Assembly (NCBI GenBank): GCA_011391125.1
Contig: JAABRE010000006.1
Location: 33,131 to 97,130 of the forward strand
DNA from: Synechococcales cyanobacterium S06
GTDB taxonomy: Bacteria > Cyanobacteriota > Cyanobacteriia > Cyanobacteriales > JAABRE01
DNA: 64,000 bases
Reading direction: 5' to 3'
Part shown: in pieces, positions 62,644 to 64,000 of the stretch
Layout: each line of letters starts with the position of its first letter
Position numbering within the stretch: the stretch's first letter is position 1
Position numbers and translations under genes: made by a program
The notes under the pieces: model-generated
Told to the model about the DNA's origin: nothing
Database searches by the model: none
Seen by the model: the letters and a program-made list of their open reading frames with translations, nothing else

Positions 62644-64000
62644 ATGAGTCAGCAGTTTGATTATGATTTAGTGATTATTGGGGCCGGTGTTGGCGGCCAC
62701 GGCGCTGCTTTACACGCAGTAAAATGTGGTTTAAAAACAGCAATTATTGAAGCTGCCGACATGGGGGGAACTTGTGTCAACCGTGGTTGCATCCCTTCTA
62801 AAGCTTTACTTGCAGCTTCCGGCAAAGTTCGGGAATTAGCTGATCAATCCCACCTCGAAAGTATCGGCGTTCAAGTCAGTGGAGTAAACTTCAAGCGGGA
62901 GGCGATCGCCGCTCATGCAACCGATTTAGTCAATAAAATTCGTGGTGACTTAACCAACAGTTTAAAACGTCTGAAAGTTGACACAATTCACGGTTGGGGA
63001 AAAGTCGCAGGTCCACAAAAAGTCAGTGTCACCACGGACAAAGGCGAAAGAATCATTACTGCTAAAGACATCATGTTGTGTCCAGGTTCAGTCCCCTTTG
63101 TACCTCCCGGCATCACCATTGACGGGAAAACCGTATTCACCAGCGATGATGCAGTGAGACTAGAATCATTACCCAAATGGATGGCCGTCATTGGTAGTGG
63201 TTACATTGGGTTGGAATTTGCCGACGTTTACACCGCTTTGGGTTGCGAAATCACCATGATTGAAGCGCTCGACGAGTTGATGCCCGGATTTGATCCTGAA
63301 ATCGCCAAAATTGCCAAACGCGTCTTGATTGATTCCCGTGACATCGAAACCTATACGGGAGTTTTCGCAACTAAAATAACCCCCGGAAACCCCGTTGTCA
63401 TTGAACTTACCAACGCAAAAACTAAGGAAGTGGTGGAAGTTTTGGAAGTTGACGGATGTCTCGTGGCCACTGGACGAATTCCTGCAACCAAAAACCTAGG
63501 TTTAGAAAGTGTCGGCGTAGAAACCGACAGACGCGGTTTTATTGATGTTGACGATCGCATGGCAGTAATCAAAGATGGTCAACCTGTGCCCCATTTATGG
63601 GCAGTGGGCGACGCAACTGGTAAGATGATGTTAGCTCACGCAGCTTCCGGTCAAGGTGTAATCGCAGTCGAAAACATTTGCGGACGCGCCCAAACCGTTG
63701 ACTATCGTTGCATTCCAGCCGCAGCCTTTACCCACCCTGAGATTAGCTACGTTGGATTGACTGAACCAGCGGCGATCGAATTAGGGGAGAAAAAAGGCTT
63801 TAAAGTTGCAACTGCAAAGACTTATTTTAAAGGAAATTCTAAAGCTTTGGCTGAAAAAGAAACTGAAGGAATGGCCAAAGTTATTTACCGTCAGGATACG
63901 GGGGAATTGTTGGGCGTTCACATCATCGGGATTCATGCGTCAGATTTGATTCAAGAAGCGGCAAATGCGATCGCCAATGGGGCAAAAGTCCAGGACCTTG
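62644..64000 (+). CDS. lpdA: Dihydrolipoyl dehydrogenase (runs off the window end)
   Basis: Manual translation [22 protein letters not shown]...[13 protein letters not shown]; [10 protein letters not shown]; MLAHAAS. Confidence 0.95.
   Translation, partial: MSQQFDYDLVIIGAGVGGHGAALHAVKCGLKTAIIEAADMGGTCVNRGCIPSKALLAASGKVRELADQSHLESIGVQVSGVNFKREAIAAHATDLVNKIRGDLTNSLKRLKVDTIHGWGKVAGPQKVSVTTDKGERIITAKDIMLCPGSVPFVPPGITIDGKTVFTSDDAVRLESLPKWMAVIGSGYIGLEFADVYTALGCEITMIEALDELMPGFDPEIAKIAKRVLIDSRDIETYTGVFATKITPGNPVVIELTNAKTKEVVEVLEVDGCLVATGRIPATKNLGLESVGVETDRRGFIDVDDRMAVIKDGQPVPHLWAVGDATGKMMLAHAASGQGVIAVENICGRAQTVDYRCIPAAAFTHPEISYVGLTEPAAIELGEKKGFKVATAKTYFKGNSKALAEKETEGMAKVIYRQDTGELLGVHIIGIHASDLIQEAANAIANGAKVQDL

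Overview
AT-rich cyanobacterial chromosomal window (abundant HIP1 GCGATCGC; psbY, cruF/cruG, xisH/xisI). Most of it is housekeeping (rsmI, pfkA, gltB, folB, ctpC, ftsQZ, hisS, gnd, ligA, lpdA) with REP/MITE-like and heptamer repeats between genes. The standout is an ~11.3 kb accessory island right after gltB (22.9-34.2 kb). It holds TA pairs, a ScaI-like R-M system with controller, a duplicated C5 methylase, an HNH protein, XisHI, Rpn and Uma2 genes. These are packaged as cassettes separated by nine copies of one ~50-bp directly oriented motif (TATTTTTAGCTTACAATATTAACAGATAAATAGGGCGATCGCCCTTTCTA[TCTGTT]), whose right part is a HIP1-centred AAC...GTT hairpin. One copy joins, exactly at the hairpin's terminal G, a synonymously diverged duplicate of the gltB 3' end. 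No integrase or transposase is recognisable in the window. I read this as a candidate integron-like cassette-capture array with non-canonical sites; that mechanism is inference. Product calls come from motif recognition, not database searches.
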